DNA of 63,983 bases, counting the filler, from Stramenopiles sp. TOSAG23-6 (lineage: Eukaryota): assembly GCA_900128565.1 (NCBI GenBank). It is 3 parts of 3 records of this genome, joined end to end, with 100 filler letters (N's around TTAATTAATTAA, not from the genome) between each part and the next. Parts side by side here need not be neighbours in the genome. Positions count along the whole stretch, not along the records: positions 47,300 to 63,983 come from LT636089.1; 2 more parts are not named here. The stretch is one strand, 5' to 3'. The notes beneath the pieces were generated by a model. The model ran no database searches. It was given only the letters and a program-made list of their open reading frames with translations, and had not been told where the DNA came from. Position numbers and translations under genes: made by a program. Below, in pieces: positions 62,218 to 63,983 of this stretch. Each line of letters begins with the position of its first letter. Position 1 is the stretch's first letter.

Positions 62218-63983
62218 TTAGTGTCGTTTCTTTTCCTGCCTTGAACTTCGATTAGATGATTTCCTGGATGATTTTTTTGGTGTTCGAGTTGATCTAGATT
62301 TAGATTTTGATTTAGGTCTAGATCTTGCTTTTGATTTATTTGAATCTTTGACATTTGTTTCGGTGCTACCCCTACTCAATAATTTTGCATTTGCCTTTAA
62401 TTTTGACCTACACTGTGCGATACCAACTATTTCTGCTTCTTCATCACTGTAATCATCTGATATACTTCCACTTGCGCTTGTAGATGAATTAGTTTGTATT
62501 GTTGTAGTGTCATTCTTGCTAGATTTCGTGTTTCCTCTTGTATTTTGTCCACGATTTGCATGTGTACTATTTTGTACTGCAAAAGTGTCATTCTTGATTA
62601 TGTTTCCTCCTCTACCTTGTTCGCGATTTGCTGCCTTTATTCTTAATTTTGTAATTTTTTCAGCAATTTCTGCCATCAAATGACAAAAACCTTGAGGGTC
62701 AGTTTCGTTGGACATCATTTTCGTAGATACAGTAATTTTTAACATTTTACACAAATGAAAAATGCCATCCCTTGCATTTTCAAATATTTTTTTTGACTCT
62801 TTATATTTAGCTTTTTTCATGTTTAGAACACTTTCGGCTTTAAAGTTTTCATCATCTATTTGCCTTATGTGACGCGAGCTAACCACAGTTGATCCATATT
62901 TCACTTCTTCTATTTCCTTCTGTAAACGAGTTTTCTCTTTATGCAGATGTCGTTTCATTTCTTCATATTCTTCCATTTGTTCTAGTAGAGCAGACTCTTC
63001 TTGTTCTCTATTTACAAATTTCATAAATATTTCCTCTGGATTTGTAATTCCAGTTGCGTTCTTTATTTTCTCAAATGCATCTTCATATTCACTCTTTTTT
63101 TTCTGTAACTTGCCTTTGGAACGACCCAAAGTTGCACTTATTACAGCATGTTGAGACGCTTTGTCAAGTAATTCCTTTTCTTCTTTTTGAGTCAGATCTC
63201 CGGCTACAGATAAAACTATATCTTTTCGTCGTTTCATTCGCATTTCCTTTTCTTCATGTGTCTGATCCATTCGAAGTTTCATTCGTTCCAGTTTTATTAA
63301 TACATCATCTCTCATTTCTTTATTATACTTCATTTCCTTGAGTAATTCTGGTTTTGCATTCTTCAATATACTTTGTCTTTCATGTTCTGCTTCCTGTTGT
63401 TCTCGTAGTAAAGTGTGAAAAATATTTCGAGTTTCAAAAGCCTTTTTTTCTATATCGCGAAGCTGGTGGCGTTCTCTAAATGGTACAGTTTCACAAAATG
63501 CTATAACTTTTTTATAAAATTTCTTTGTCTCATTAGCATCTGCGAGAGCTTCTTGCATTCTATCAAGTCTTGAATTAAGTTCATTCATCATCAATTCACC
63601 ATCTCGAATGCATTCAGCAGTAAAACTATCTTGTCGTTCTCTTTCAGCGACATGTTGAAGCAACTCATCTAATACGTTCTGCTTTGTATCATCTTCGAAT
63701 ACAAGCTTATCAAACTGCACCCTTAATGAATTCATGTGTTTCAAAGCTTCGGCTTTCTTCTGCTCTGCTTCATTCAAAGCATACCCGCTCATATGCACAG
63801 GTACATTTGCTAAATGAGCTGTCGTTGCTGGTGTAGCAGTACTCATAGACCGAGCATCCTTTTCATTAATTATGCCTCCTGTAAATATCTTATGTATACG
63901 TTTTCCGGTAGCTTTTGCATGCTTTTCAACCGTTGGAAACCTTGTGCCACGTGTACGAGATCTTGTAGTAGGCCTGGAAAATG
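62218..63983 (-). CDS. Outer-dynein-arm docking-complex-like coiled-coil protein (CCDC151/CCDC114 family); frame open to the window edge
   Basis: YEDAFEKIKNATGITNPEEIFMKFVNRE motif in a long coiled coil; no stop upstream of the ATG at 63846. Confidence 0.7.
   Translation of the reverse strand, partial: FSRPTTRSRTRGTRFPTVEKHAKATGKRIHKIFTGGIINEKDARSMSTATPATTAHLANVPVHMSGYALNEAEQKKAEALKHMNSLRVQFDKLVFEDDTKQNVLDELLQHVAERERQDSFTAECIRDGELMMNELNSRLDRMQEALADANETKKFYKKVIAFCETVPFRERHQLRDIEKKAFETRNIFHTLLREQQEAEHERQSILKNAKPELLKEMKYNKEMRDDVLIKLERMKLRMDQTHEEKEMRMKRRKDIVLSVAGDLTQKEEKELLDKASQHAVISATLGRSKGKLQKKKSEYEDAFEKIKNATGITNPEEIFMKFVNREQEESALLEQMEEYEEMKRHLHKEKTRLQKEIEEVKYGSTVVSSRHIRQIDDENFKAESVLNMKKAKYKESKKIFENARDGIFHLCKMLKITVSTKMMSNETDPQGFCHLMAEIAEKITKLRIKAANREQGRGGNIIKNDTFAVQNSTHANRGQNTRGNTKSSKNDTTTIQTNSSTSASGSISDDYSDEEAEIVGIAQCRSKLKANAKLLSRGSTETNVKDSNKSKARSRPKSKSKSRSTRTPKKSSRKSSNRSSRQEKKRH

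Noticed and set aside
1-63983. Alternative genetic code (stop-codon reassignment)
   Set aside because: Long ORFs are free of internal stops, TAA, TAG and TGA all terminate genes, and ORF breaks are explained by introns or homopolymers.

Overview
AT-rich, gene-dense eukaryotic (flagellated protist-like) nuclear DNA using the standard code. The window is three contigs (1-23912, 24013-47199, 47300-63983) joined by artificial 100-nt N/TTAATTAATTAA spacers. Contig 1 is a perfect 11,956-bp palindrome and is most likely an assembly or amplification fold-back, so about 52 kb is unique. It carries about 30 protein genes, including an SPX-EXS phosphate exporter, SEL1-MYND, MORN, a voltage-sensor-fused adenylyl cyclase, TAF9, FAM184, PTB/hnRNP-L-like, psuG, QTRT2, kinesin-2, NF-YC-like, WD40, DUF4246 and ODA-docking-complex-like genes. 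The main discovery is that nearly all introns that can be placed belong to one family of about 90-140 nt. These have an ordinary donor (GTAYGT) and branch-point-like motif (TACCTAAC) behind a palindromic core, but they do not end in AG. Reading-frame and motif restoration across 18 complete introns gives ends of AT in 14, AA in 1, TT in 1 and AG in 1, with one ambiguous. This points to a genome-wide, introner-like GT-AT intron system. It is inferred from DNA only and needs RNA confirmation.
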